64,000 nucleotides of DNA from Octopus vulgaris (taxonomy: Eukaryota): positions 47,554,001-47,618,000 of the forward strand of contig OX597824.1 of assembly GCA_951406725.2 (NCBI GenBank), written 5' to 3'. Below the pieces are notes generated by a model, which worked only from the letters and a program-made list of their open reading frames with translations, did not search any database and was not told where the DNA came from. Of this stretch, positions 31,545-45,800 are shown piece by piece. Numbering within the stretch: position 1 is the first letter of the stretch; each line of letters begins with the position of its first letter. A program made the translations under genes and the position numbers.

Positions 31545-32064
31545 CTAGAAACACAGTAATAAAGAAAACATTTATTTACATAATCATATTTTTTAATACA
31601 GAAAATAGAAAACAAAATAAAAGATAGTATATTGAATGATTAACAAGACAATTGGCTGAAATAAGATCTGCAAAAACTGCCATTTTCCTATTTATTTAGT
31701 ACTAGATTGTTACCCATTTTATGACAGGTAATGATGGAAATACCATTGTGGGTAATATCAGTATTAAACAGGTACACTAATATAATTTTACTTTTTCAAA
31801 TTTCATGGTGTATATACAAAATAACGAAATGAATTATTTCCAAAATAAAAATTTTTAAATTGAAATAAAATTGAATAAAAGCAAATAATACTGCTTGATT
31901 GTCAATTCATAAAAGATATACTGTATTCATTCCATGTCAGTTAATATGACGTTTTTGGTTGGAACAAGCAACCAACAATAAGTCTTAACAGTAGAAGTTA
32001 CTCATTGTGTGAGAGTAATAATTTCGGAAATAATTTTACTTCTTTCAAATTTAAGGGGTTTTCG

Positions 32065-32530
32065 AAATCAAATTCGATGACTGGCATCCATGCCAGTGGA
32101 GCACTAAGAGCACCATCTGAGCGTGATTGTTGCCAGAGCAGCAAACTGGCTTCCATACCAGTGGCACATAAAAAGCATCATTCGAGCATGATCATTACCC
32201 ACGTCGCCTTACTGGCACGTGAAAAACATTCGAGCAAGGTCGTTGCCAGTGCCGCCGGACTGGCTCCCGTGTGGGTGGCACATAAAAACACCATTGGAGC
32301 GAAGCTATTGCCAGTACCGCCTGACTGGCCCTCATGTCAGTGGCATGTAAAAGCACCCACTACACTCTCGCAGTGGTTGGCGTTAGGAAGGGCATCAAGC
32401 TGTAGAAACTCTGCCAGATCAGATTGGAGCCTGGTGCAGCCATCTGGTTTGCCACTCTTCAGTCAAATCATCCAACCCATGCTAGCATGAAAAGCAGACG
32501 TTAAACAATGATGATGATGATGATGATGAT
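32065..32530 (+). mobile_element. 5'-truncated RTE LINE 3' UTR with (GAT)n tail
   Basis: Matches the 3' UTR of the RTE at 49860-50113 (aaaagcacccactacactc...gtggttggcgttaggaagggcatc...gacgttaaac-gatgatgat). Confidence 0.8.
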
Positions 32531-34267
32531 ACAAAATAATGAAATTTATCTGATTTTAAAAATTAAAAAAATCATCAACTTATAATTAAGATTGAATACA
32601 ACAGTATTTTTACCTGCATGTTTTCAATAAATATGTTATCAATAAAAATTATACTGTTTAATTACAAATAACTATAAGACTATAATACTCAGATATTTTC
32701 ACTGTTTTACTTACTAATACTTATTTCTTTTATACCAGTTCTTCATATAACTACATTTTACTAAAATTATTTAGAAAACTGTAGATTCAAACTTAGAAAT
32801 TATTGCAACTGAGTATGTGAAACTGCTCAGTTTCATTCTTACAATTTTACAAAAAACTAATCAAAATCATAATGATTATAACATTTCTTTAACCACTGAA
32901 GCATATTGTATTCATATTTTAGTTAACTAAAGTAAATTACTACTAGTAGTAGTAGTGGTGATAACAGAAATAGTTGTATAAACATTCAAGAGGGATAACT
33001 TTGTAACTGTATTCAAGAATTGTAATGAATATTCACCTCAAGCCCTTTGTTTCATACACTCACCTCTTCTTTTAACTCATGTTTCAATTTGCTCTCCCCC
33101 ACTCCCTTTTCCTGACAGATACACAGCCTGAGACCAATACAGATTGTGTATCATAGTGATAGATTAACAACATATACAACAATCAGTTAAATGAAATCCA
33201 CTTTTTCATGGTAGCATAGGTTAACCAGACTTGCAATACAGTAGCTCCCCTTCCTTCTCAACTTGTCTGATACACTATATCTCCATTCTTCCCAATTTTA
33301 CATTGTCTCATCTATGTGGCATCATGTTTTTATATGTGACCAGACTACATAACCTCTTCAGTCCTACATCTGCCATGATGCATCTGTCACAGTAAACTCA
33401 TATCTACTCTTCACTCAATGAACATAATCCAATTATCTCATGTATAAAAAAACAGTATAATCCATCTCTCCTGATTAGCTTCTTGACTCATTTCTACTCA
33501 ACAGCAGTGAAATCTAGCCATGCTAGATTTTAGCTACTATTAAATTTTTGTGTCTATGAAACCAATAAACCATAGCAAAGAATAACCTTTCCAAATTGCA
33601 AGAAATAAACACTTCCCTCTTACCCAGTCTACATCTTTTTTCACAGTTCTTTGATAAATTTTGTGCTGGGAAACAGATTATCATACGAAATTACACAAGA
33701 AAATTTAGCCTTGGACCTCTATGTAATTGCCTCAAAGACTATTATAAAAGAAGATGGCTGTGAACAGAAGAGCATCAGCGGACACTCAGCCACAAACACT
33801 ATTAAGACCTTTAGCATTAGTAAGTACCTTCACACATGGCTTGACCAATTTTCACAACTCATTTATCAATACCAAACTTTCTCATTATAGAGAAATTACA
33901 GAATTACAGAACTTAGCAAAAACCTCATGCAACAGTAGAATTATAGCAGTCAACAATAATGGTGCTGTGCTGTACAACCTGCTTAACTACACAAGTAACT
34001 AGCTTTCCATCAACACTTTTATTTCAGTTGACAGCTATGTAGAGAATGTATGACAAAACATGATAGAGAGAACAATGCATATGTTATCGTTGTTGTTTGT
34101 TAAACTCCTGAACACTGTAGCTATGAAACTAACACTGATATTGTTTGTGTGTGTGTGTGTTTTGTGCATATTTTTTGTTTGCTTGTTTGTCATATGTCAT
34201 ACATAACATAAACAAAATTAGATAGTAAACCAAGGCCTTCTCAGCTGATTTAAAAGAATTAAAAACA

Positions 34268-34666
34268 CTCCTTTACTCGTTTCAGTCATTTGACAGTGGC
34301 CATGCTGGAGCACCGCCTTTAGTCGAGCAAATCGACTCCAGGACTTATTCTTTGTAAGCCTAGTACTTATTCTATCGGTCTCTTTTGCCAAATCACTAAG
34401 TTACGGGGACGTAAACACACCAGCATCGGTTGTCAAGCGATGTTAGGGGTACAAACACAGACACACAAACGTATACACACACACATACACATATATATAC
34501 ATATATACAACGAGCTTCTTTCAGTTTCCGTCTACCAAATCCACTCACAAGGCTTTGGTCAGCCCAAGGTTATAGTAGAAGACACTTGTCCAAGGTGTCA
34601 TGCAGTGGGACTGCACTCGAAACCATGTGGTTCGTAAACAAGCTACTTACCACACAGCCCCTCCTA
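34268..34666 (-). mobile_element. Near full-length tRNA-derived SINE with an internal (CA/TA) repeat and CR1-like 3' tail (other pieces 25435-25580, 30705-30900, 37556-37715, 40270-40470, 55477-55516, 61137-61275)
   Basis: The minus-strand head has A-box-like ggctgtgtggtaag and a degenerate B-box. The 3' end reads ggcggtgctccagcatggccactgtcaaatgactgaaac. Multiple dispersed copies occur in the window. Confidence 0.8.
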
Positions 34667-35029
34667 CACAATTCTAACACATTCAATGCCAAAGACTAAA
34701 TATACATTCAATCTACATAAAATAGTAGCTAAATTCTCTCAACTCACTACCTTATCATTTTAAAGAAAATGTTCTTGAAAAGGCTGACCTAGTTAAACAG
34801 CAAAAGAATATTGGTTTTAAATTTTGGCACATGGTCAGCAAATTCAGGGGAGGGGGTCAGTTGATTACATTGACCCCAATGCTCAATTGGTACTTATTTT
34901 ATCAATACCAAAATGACGAAAGGCAAAGTTGACCTTGGCAGCATTTGAAATGAGAATGTAATGACAGACAAAATGCCACTAAGCATTTTGCCCAATGCAC
35001 TAACAAATCCGCCAGTTTGCTGCCTTTTT

Positions 35030-35835
35030 TATCATCATCATCATTTAACATCCATTGTCCATGCTGGCATGGGTTGAACAGTCTGACCAGGGCTGGTAAG
35101 CTGGAAGGCTGCACCAGATTCCAGCCTGATTTGGCATGGTTTTCTACAGCTGGATGCCCTTCCTAATGCCAACCACTCCAAGAGTGTAATGGGTGTTTTT
35201 ATGTGCCACTGGCACAGATGTCATTTGTGCAACACCAGTATCTTCCACGACTGAAACTTTGCTCGGCTTGATGGGTCTTCTTCTCAAACATGACATAATG
35301 TCAAAGGTCTTCGACATTGCCTCCGTGAGGAACTCAAAAGGAACTCAGCCACTTTGCCTCCATAAGACCCAACACTTGAAAGGAACTCAGCTGCTTTGCC
35401 TCTGTGAGGCCCAATGCTCAAATGCTTGAAAAGAACTCAGCCACTTTGCCTCCATGAAGCTTAATGCTCCAATGGTGCTCTTTACGTGCTATCAGCATGG
35501 ATGCCAGTTATGTGACACCAACATCAGCCATGACAACGATTTCACTTGGCTTGATAGGTCTTCTCAAGCACAGCATATTGCCAAAGGTCTTGGTCACAAG
35601 TCATTGCCTCTGTGAGGTTCAAAGTTCAAAGATCATGCTTCACCACTTCATCCCATGTCTTCCTGGGTCTACCTCTGCCACAGGTTCCCCCCACAGTTAG
35701 AGATTGGCACTTCTTTATACAACTCTTCTCATCTATACACATCATATGACCATATGAGTGCAGTCACCTCTCTTGCACACCACATCTGATGCCTCTTATG
35801 CCTAACTTTTCTCTCGAACATGCACATTCACATTG
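35030..35835 (-). mobile_element. RTE LINE 3' fragment (RT C-terminus and 3' UTR with ~42-bp subrepeats)
   Basis: The minus strand encodes RGRPRKTWDEVVKHDL. The UTR and (GAT)n tail match the element at 47682-50113. Confidence 0.8.
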
Positions 35836-35972
35836 CACTTCTAGCAAAGCATACTAACTTCATTTATATATATGCATGGAAGATGGACGTTAAATGATAC
35901 TGATGAAGATATATATATATACATATACTGGTACACCGGCGATTATAATTAATTTTATTGTATCGCATTTAA

Positions 35973-36872
<900 letters not shown>

Positions 36873-38877
36873 CAGCTGCTTTGAAGAAGCTGAAATCAGC
36901 AGTCTAATAGGATTATATATTTTAGACAGCTTGTTATACAAATTTCATTCTATAGAATTATGATTATACAGGGACAATGGTCTAATATTGACCTGTAATG
37001 AAAATGACTACCAATTAGACAAACTTAGGAAGAATTTAATCAATATTTTTTTAGAAATTCCAACATTAACATTACTGTAATTAACTATCTAAGTAACAGA
37101 GCTAATTTTGTAGACTTTATACATTAATCTAGCTTTAGGTGTTTACAGCTTGGTGAGTGTTTTTTACATATACTCCATCTTACATTTGTATACACCCCAT
37201 TATATTCTCCATGTTTTTGTACAAATATTCTTCTCTGCTCTCTAATCATCTACTCCACATTATGTCATATTACATTTCTTTTATACACACAACTGTCACA
37301 TATTTATATGTATGGACACATTTTTCTCTTTGATATACCATGAGAAGTATTCATTTATTGCCAGCCTTTTAGTGGCCTAAGGTCCTTTGTTGTAACCATT
37401 AATGTAAGACCCTATTTTTTTATATAATGTATGAAATGAGCCTTTATAGTTTCAGGGGTATGTATATGCACTTGTATGCATGTTTAGATATGCATAAGTG
37501 TATGTTTCATAAGTGTTCGAATGCTTTTTGTACGATCATATATACACATATATGATAGGCTTCTGCACAGTTTCCATTGACCAAGCTGCCTTCACCAGGC
37601 ATTGAACAACTTAAGGTGATGGCAAAAGCCAGCAACTTAAGGTGCCATGCAATAGTATTAAACTAGAATCAACATGCCTATAAAACACATTTCTGAACCA
37701 CATAGTCATGCGGTTACTAGAAATACATAAGGTATATAAACAGAAATAGTACATAAGTAGATTGTTTTATTAAAAAAGAAAAAATGATGATTTCAAATCC
37801 TGCCAAGGTTGATTTTGTAGCTTATCCTGCCAAGATTGATAAAATATGTACAAGAGGATTGATATAATTGACTGTTCCTTCCCTCAAAAAAGTTTCTGGT
37901 TGTGTGTCTATGTAAAGAAATATCAATATGTATAATATGCTATGTGTCTTTGTATTTGAAGCTGTTGATTTTTGTTCCACTTTATAAGATTTACGTTCTA
38001 AATCATTTGACATGAGCTGAAGTCATTCTGTTTATTTTCTAAATTAACCAACAGCATTTCTATTTTTGCACTGCAACAACATCTCTATTTAGTTCTGTTT
38101 GTCTTTTGTATTTGAAAGTTTATTCTTATTCTCCTTTTTTAATGCTTAACTAATGTTTTAATATTAATTTTAATGATTTACCATGCATCACAACATTTAT
38201 AAGAGATCTTCATCACTACTATAGCTCAAACAGTTATTTTAAGGTAAGTTACTGCCATACTAGAACAATGAAACTTGAGTTTCATCCTATTTTCCCACTA
38301 AGACCAATAACATTTTTTCTCTCTAAATTTTCAAACAAAATCTTCACTTATTTGCCGGAGTTGTTCTGTTTATTTTTTGTATTTGGAAGTTCATTCTGCA
38401 ATCTTCATTGTGTTATAATGTTTTAATGTTCATAAATTCAGGTGATTTGTCCAACTTCACAGAAATCATAAGAAATTTCTATGCTACCTTAGCATGTAGT
38501 CTACTGCTGTACCTGTACTGTATGCTATGAAATGACTTGGGTTAAGGTTAGGGTTAGGAACACTTTGAAATTACAGACTGAAAATTCTGAAAGCCAAGAT
38601 ATGTTAGTGTCTCCTCATGACTGCCCAGAAATGTTGTTCTTCATTAACTTCTGCTGTGAATCACACCCATATAGTATTTTGGAAATAATAAATATAATTT
38701 TCTTGTTTTCCTGTTAATTTTGCATTTTTAAATTTTATTTCCTCATCCTCTACTTGTCAATTGTCATCAGATATCTTTTTTACTAAAATTCCATCATCAC
38801 TGACGGCTCAGGAACTCTAGTTATATATAAAGCAGTAAATAAACATAATAGTTATTTTAATAGCAAAAAACAATTAC

Positions 38878-39087
38878 CTGTACATCCAGCCATTTAGAAA
38901 GTTGTTTAGCTTTTTCTTGTCGTAACATATTACCAGCATTTGTAACAAATAATGCAGGTACTATAAACCTGCCATATTCATCAGTCAAAAGTTTGAACGC
39001 CTCTTTTGCTGAAGGAAGGAGGTTTTTACCTCTTACAATTACTCCATCAATATCGAACAGAAACCCAAAGCAGGGTTTGTTGGCACT
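38878..39087 (-). CDS. HDHD5: HDHD5/CECR5-like HAD hydrolase, internal coding exon with HAD motif I (SANKPCFGFLFDIDGVIVRGK...FVTNAG...WLDVQ)
   Basis: 210 nt, phase 0-0. Acceptor ttttcacag and donor gtaatt. The FDIDGV and FVTNAG motifs are typical of HAD-IIA/CECR5 proteins. Confidence 0.93.
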
Positions 39088-39565
39088 CTGTGAAAAATAT
39101 GAATTAAAAAGAAAAAAGTGTAAACATATATAAAAAAAAATCATGAGGCAAATACTTATATACATTGATTGTTTTTGTATGTTGTTCAGTCAAACTAAAG
39201 TAGAAATTAATACCAATCTCATTCCATAGTTGAGTAATTTATAGAAGGGAATCCATGAAAAATTGCTTTGAAATAGTCATATTTGCATAATATAGGATAG
39301 TAACAGTAAAGGAAATAAATTGAAGGGGAAAAAAATTATTTTCAGTTGCTTCTTATATCAAAGTCTTAAACTGTAGTTGCAAGTTCTTCACATTTCATTG
39401 TTCTTAGCTTTCTTAAATACATACATACATATAAATATATACCTATGCCAGTATCAACAATGGATGTTAAATGATGCCTCAATTTAAGTGCCTAATTCAA
39501 CTGATTCATAATTATACATATGTACATATACATATTACACATACAAAAATGTGTGTATGTGTGTG

Positions 39566-39940
39566 TGGAGGGACAATGACCCAGTGGTTAGGGCAGCGGT
39601 CTCGTGGTCATAGGATCGCAGTTTCAATTCCCAGACCGGGCGTTGTGAGTGTTTATTGAGCAAAAATACCTAAAGCTCCATGAAGCTCCAGCAGGGATGG
39701 GGGTGAACCCTGCTGTACCACAACTTTCTCTCACACATTCTTCCTGTTTCTGTTGTACTTGTATTTTGAAGGGCCAGCCTTGTCACACACTGTGTCATGC
39801 TGAATCTCCCCGAGAACTACATTAAGGGTACATGTGTCTGTGAAGTGCTCAGCCACTTGCACATTAATTTCATGAGCAGGCTGTTCCGTTGATCGGATCA
39901 ACTAGAACCCTCGTTGTCGTAACCGACGGAGTACCACGAT
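39566..39940 (+). mobile_element. tRNA-derived SINE, third family (diverged minus-strand piece at ~3640-3800)
   Basis: A-box-like tgacccagtggttagg and B-box-like gtttcaattccc, followed by a ~300-bp non-tRNA body. Confidence 0.7.
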
Positions 39941-40024
39941 ATATTATATATATTACATATATACATATATATATATAAAATATAGTTTAAAGATTCAATA
40001 GAGGTAGAATCAACAAGAATATCA

Positions 40025-40238
40025 ATTTAAATACACAACTGAAAGAGCTATTGATAGTTGCCTACTTTTATGATATTTGAGCAGGCATATTCATAAAATA
40101 CACCATGTACCTTATATAATGCATAAACAGAGCCTAAAAGATTGCTTTAAAATACATGGTGTATTTTATATATATGCCTGTTCAAGTATTATAAAAGCAT
40201 GAAACTATTAGCAACTCTTTTGGTTATGTATTTAAATT
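40025..40238. repeat. Degenerate foldback element with ~90-bp arms, between TA tracts
   Basis: ataaaatacaccatgta / tacatggtgtattttat and atttaaatac / gtatttaaat pair as inverted arms. Confidence 0.75.
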
Positions 40239-40473
40239 TAAATATTTATATATATATATATATAATATACTCTTTTACTTGTTTCAGTCATTTGACTGCA
40301 GTCATGCTGGAGCACTGCCTTTAGTTGAATGAATCAACCCCCAGGATTTATTCTTTGTAAGCCTAGTACTTATTCAATTGGGGTCTTTTGTCAAACTGCT
40401 AAGTTACAGGGATGTAAACACACCAACAACAGTTGTCAAGCAATGGTGGAGGGCAAACACAGACACACATATA

Positions 40474-41525
40474 TAGCAGCCCTCACAATTTGTTTCACTG
40501 TCCTGTTTTGTTACCGACTTTGACCCTCCGCAAAATCCCAAATTTTACTTTGGTTTGCTGGAGCATCTGTTTTCTCAAAGGCACATATTGTCGTGAATTG
40601 CTCGAAATGTGGAGTAGATAAACAGCCGACAACTGATGAAGAGTCATTCTTTATGTTACTTGTCTTGTTTTCCATTTGTTTCTCTTGCTGTTTGCAAAAA
40701 AAACGTTTGTCTTCATATTTCATGTTGTTTTTCGTATTTCATGTTGTTTACATTTTGTGATGTCCTGCACTCATATTTGCATATATATATACTTATATAT
40801 GTCAGTATGTACATATATGTATGCATATATGCCTATATATATATATATATATTTTATTTATATTATTATATGATTGAACGCCACACATCTACATCTATTT
40901 CCAAGTAAGTTTATCTTCATAATTTGATGCGACTCTATACTGTTCTCTCTCTCTCTCCTTTCGTTTTTCTCTTTCTTCCTTTCTCTAATTCTTTTTTCTC
41001 CCCTTCACCATTTCTATCTGTCCCTCTCTCTCCCTTCCTCCTTTACTCTCTCATTGCTCACACGTGACCATCATCCATGAACACGTGTTCATTTTACTTT
41101 TCTTTCAGTCTGTTGCACAGACCAGACGTATTCTTGTCTGTCTCCTCTCCTATCTTTTCTCCTGTCAAAGAATGTTCCTCAGCGTTTGCCACCTTATCCC
41201 ATCTGGCTTAGCAACCCTCACTATTTGTTTCACTGTCCTGTTTTTGTTACCAACTTTGACCCTCCACAAAATCCCAAATTTTATTTTGGTTTGCGGGAGC
41301 AACTGTTTTCTCAAAGGCACATATTGTCATGAATTGCTTGAAATGTGGAGTAGATAAACAGCAGACAACTGATGAAAAGTTGTTCTTTATGTTACTTGTC
41401 TTGTTTTCCATTTGTTTATTTCGTTGTTCACAAAAAAAGTTTGTTTTCATATTTCATGTTGTTTTTCGGATTTCAGATTTCCTGTTTTCGTATTTCATTT
41501 TGCTTATGTTTTGTGATGTCCTGTA
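40474..41525 (+). repeat. Pair of ~300-bp diverged direct repeats (40474-40770 and 41209-41525) with a ~440-bp CT-rich spacer, possibly a Penelope-like pseudo-LTR relic
   Basis: Both copies read agca.ccctcac.atttgtttcactgtcctg...aaaatcccaaatttt...acaactgatgaa...ttttgtgatgtcctg. Confidence 0.7.
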
Positions 41526-41579
<54 letters not shown>

Positions 41580-41580
<1 letters not shown>

Positions 41581-42387
41581 CCTTAAAAATGTTTTAGCCT
41601 GAAGGCCGCGGCCATGCTGGGGCACCACCGCTGAATGAGCTACACTAATTTGTGAATCCACCTCTGATACGTGGCACTTGATCAACAAGGGAGTTCGATG
41701 CTGCTGCCCGCATCCGCGTCTCCTGTCGTGAGGTAGGTTCATCTGGGACTCCCAACAAGAAGAGATCCAGTTTAGTTTTAAAGAAACCCACATCCACACC
41801 ATGTAAGTCTCTCAGGCATTTAGGGAGGATGTTAAAGAGCTGTGGTCCTCTGAAACCCAAGCTGTTGCAGTATCTGGACCTGTATTTTGATGGTGATGTT
41901 GGAATCCTTGGCACCATGCAGTGGCGCCCGTTCTGCGGTTGGAGTAACTTTGAATGCCAAAGTTTGGGACAAGACCCTCCAGGATTTTCCAGATGTATAT
42001 CACCGCATATCTCTCCCGCCTCCGCTCTAGGGAGAAGAGGTTTAATACCTTCAGTCTTTCCCAGTAGCTGATATTTTGCATTGAGACAATTTTCTTTGTG
42101 TAGCTTCTCTGAATTGCTTCGAGTTCTGCTGTTAGTTTTATATTGTGTGGTGACCAAAGTTGGGAGCAGTAGTCCAAGCGGCTGAGGACGAATGTTTTCC
42201 ATAGGACCATCAGTGTCTCCTTCTCTCTTGTTCTGAAAGTTCGGAGAATCCATCCAGCTAGCCGTCTGCATTTTATCACCAGATTAGCAATATGCACTTG
42301 GAAAGATGCATCATTGCTCATGTCAATGCCCAGGTCACGCACTGATTTTGACTCAGGGATTGCAATTCTTCCTGGGCCAGTGTATCC
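41580..42387 (-). mobile_element. 5'-truncated CR1-group LINE (RT C-terminus and 3' UTR), related to the copy at 50812-54703
   Basis: RDLGIDMSND...[10 protein letters not shown]...[24 protein letters not shown], then a frameshift, then [13 protein letters not shown]...VPDEP...RAAASNSL. Confidence 0.9.
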
Positions 42388-42392
42388 AGTGT

Positions 42393-42483
42393 CCTACGCT
42401 GATGAGAAAAGAAGTTGGGTAAGATATAATTATCTAATTCTTATGCTTTCCTAAAACTTAATTTCGAAAAGTACGTCCGTAGG
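42393..42483 (+). ncRNA. Type-I hammerhead ribozyme motif, copy 1 (stem III variant GAAAAGTACGTC)
   Basis: cctacg-CTGATGA-[stem II]-GAAA-agtacg-TC-cgtagg. Stem I is 6 bp. Stem III is weakened by a C>A change. Confidence 0.65.
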
Positions 42484-42975
42484 TGACTTAAAATTGTATG
42501 ATAGATTGCCGTCATTTCATTCTCTCTTACCTGTCTGTGTTTGCCTTTCAAGTGCTGTGTTTTTACTGAGATCTCCCTTTTAGTAGAAAGAATAGCTATA
42601 ACTCTTTGACTGCTATTTCTAAATTCGATGTGTGGTGAGGCAATTCGTTGCTAAACCTTTAATTGCTTAGTATTACTTAAACTTTCCTCGAATGAGGCTT
42701 TTACATGCCGAAATCTACTTGGTGTAATTAATGATTATTCCAAATTAATTAATTTCACCCTATATTGTTACTGATAACCATATTTCATCCCAGTAAATGA
42801 CCACAGCATCTTGTCTTGGCTACACGCTGGTGGGAAGGGGTTGGTGACACAAACTTTCATTCACACTTTGAATTTGGTGATACTGGTAACGGCTTTAGCT
42901 CGCTCTGATACTGAGTTGAGATGATGCCTTCTAGTATCTCGAAATTTAATATACAATTATTCATAATTGTAGTGT

Positions 42976-43066
42976 CCTACGCTGATGAGAAAAGAAGTTG
43001 GGTAAGATATAATTATCTAATTCTTATGCTTTCCTAAAACTTAATTTCGAAACGTCCGTCCGTAGG
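42976..43066 (+). ncRNA. Type-I minimal hammerhead ribozyme motif, copy 2 (predicted GUC cleavage after 43060)
   Basis: cctacg-CTGATGA-gaaa..aagtt..taaga/tctta..aactt..tttc-GAAA-cgtccg-TC-cgtagg. The core consensus is complete and stems I, II and III can all pair. Confidence 0.8.
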
Positions 43067-43256
43067 TGACTTAAAATTGTATGATAGATTGCCGTCATTT
43101 CATTCTCTCTTACCTGTCTGTGTTTGCCTTTCAAGTGCTGTGTTTTTACTGAGATCTCCCTTTTAGTAGAAAGAATAGCTATAACTCTTTGACTGCTATT
43201 TCTAAATTCGGTGTGTGGTGAGGCAATTCGTTGCTAAACCCTTAATTGCTTAGTAT

Positions 43257-44850
<1,594 letters not shown>

Positions 44851-45067
44851 TGGGACAGCTTGCTGAGTGCCACAGACCGAGTCTGTGGATGGTGCAAAGT
44901 CCCTTCCAGACCTAGAATTACGTGCTGGTGGAATAGTGCAGTAGATAAAGCCATCTGTGAAAAGAGACGGGCCTGGAAAGCCTGGAAGGATGGAGGCAGC
45001 AGGGAACTGTACCAGATAGCCAAAAGGGAGGCTGGGCGGCAGGTATACATAGCCAAAGATGTAGCAG
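44851..45067 (+). mobile_element. Duplicated 5' piece of the RTE LINE at 47682
   Basis: Matches 47682-47898 apart from one substitution. Confidence 0.9.
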
Positions 45068-45126
45068 GTCACGCACTGATTTTGACTCAGGGATTGCAAT
45101 TCTTCCTGGGCCAGTGTATCCAGTGT

Positions 45127-45217
45127 CCTACGCTGATGAGAAAAGAAGTTGGGTAAGATATAATTATCTAATTCTTATGCTTTCCTAAAACTTAATTTCG
45201 AAAAGTACGTCCGTAGG
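45127..45217 (+). ncRNA. Hammerhead ribozyme motif, copy 3 (same sequence as copy 1)
   Basis: Same sequence as 42393-42483. Confidence 0.65.
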
Positions 45218-45709
45218 TGACTTAAAATTGTATGATAGATTGCCGTCATTTCATTCTCTCTTACCTGTCTGTGTTTGCCTTTCAAGTGCTGTGTTTTTAC
45301 TGAGATCTCCCTTTTAGTAGAAAGAATAGCTATAACTCTTTGACTGCTATTTCTAAATTCGATGTGTGGTGAGGCAATTCGTTGCTAAACCTTTAATTGC
45401 TTAGTATTACTTAAACTTTCCTCGAATGAGGCTTTTACATGCCGAAATCTACTTGGTGTAATTAATGATTATTCCAAATTAATTAATTTCACCCTATATT
45501 GTTACTGATAACCATATTTCATCCCAGTAAATGACCACAGCATCTTGTCTTGGCTACACGCTGGTGGGAAGGGGTTGGTGACACAAACTTTCATTCACAC
45601 TTTGAATTTGGTGATACTGGTAACGGCTTTAGCTCGCTCTGATACTGAGTTGAGATGATGCCTTCTAGTATCTCGAAATTTAATATACAATTATTCATAA
45701 TTGTAGTGT

Positions 45710-45800
45710 CCTACGCTGATGAGAAAAGAAGTTGGGTAAGATATAATTATCTAATTCTTATGCTTTCCTAAAACTTAATTTCGAAACGTCCGTCCGTAGG
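45710..45800 (+). ncRNA. Hammerhead ribozyme motif, copy 4 (same sequence as copy 2)
   Basis: Same sequence as 42976-43066. Confidence 0.8.

Larger units (their letters stand above)
42388..43256 (+). mobile_element. Retrozyme-like / Penelope-pLTR-like non-coding element: 1.5 copies of a 583-bp unit, each starting with a hammerhead motif
   Basis: 286-bp direct repeats at 42388-42673 and 42971-43256. There is no ORF in the track, and a hammerhead core lies at the start of each repeat. Confidence 0.75.

Noticed and set aside
31700-32730. Possible second Helitron (ctag with a small hairpin at ~31702), interrupted by the RTE tail
   Set aside because: The 5' TC end could not be defined and the hairpin is weak.
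33200-34100. Short plus-strand ORFs (33651-33890, 33754-34002) that might be a decayed element
   Set aside because: No recognisable domain motif or termini.
38538-38560. gggttaaggttagggttagg telomere-like motif
   Set aside because: Only about three imperfect units, too short to call an interstitial telomeric repeat.
39566-39645. Possible tRNA gene
   Set aside because: A and B boxes are present, but there is no clean cloverleaf and the sequence continues into a repeat body. It is a SINE head.
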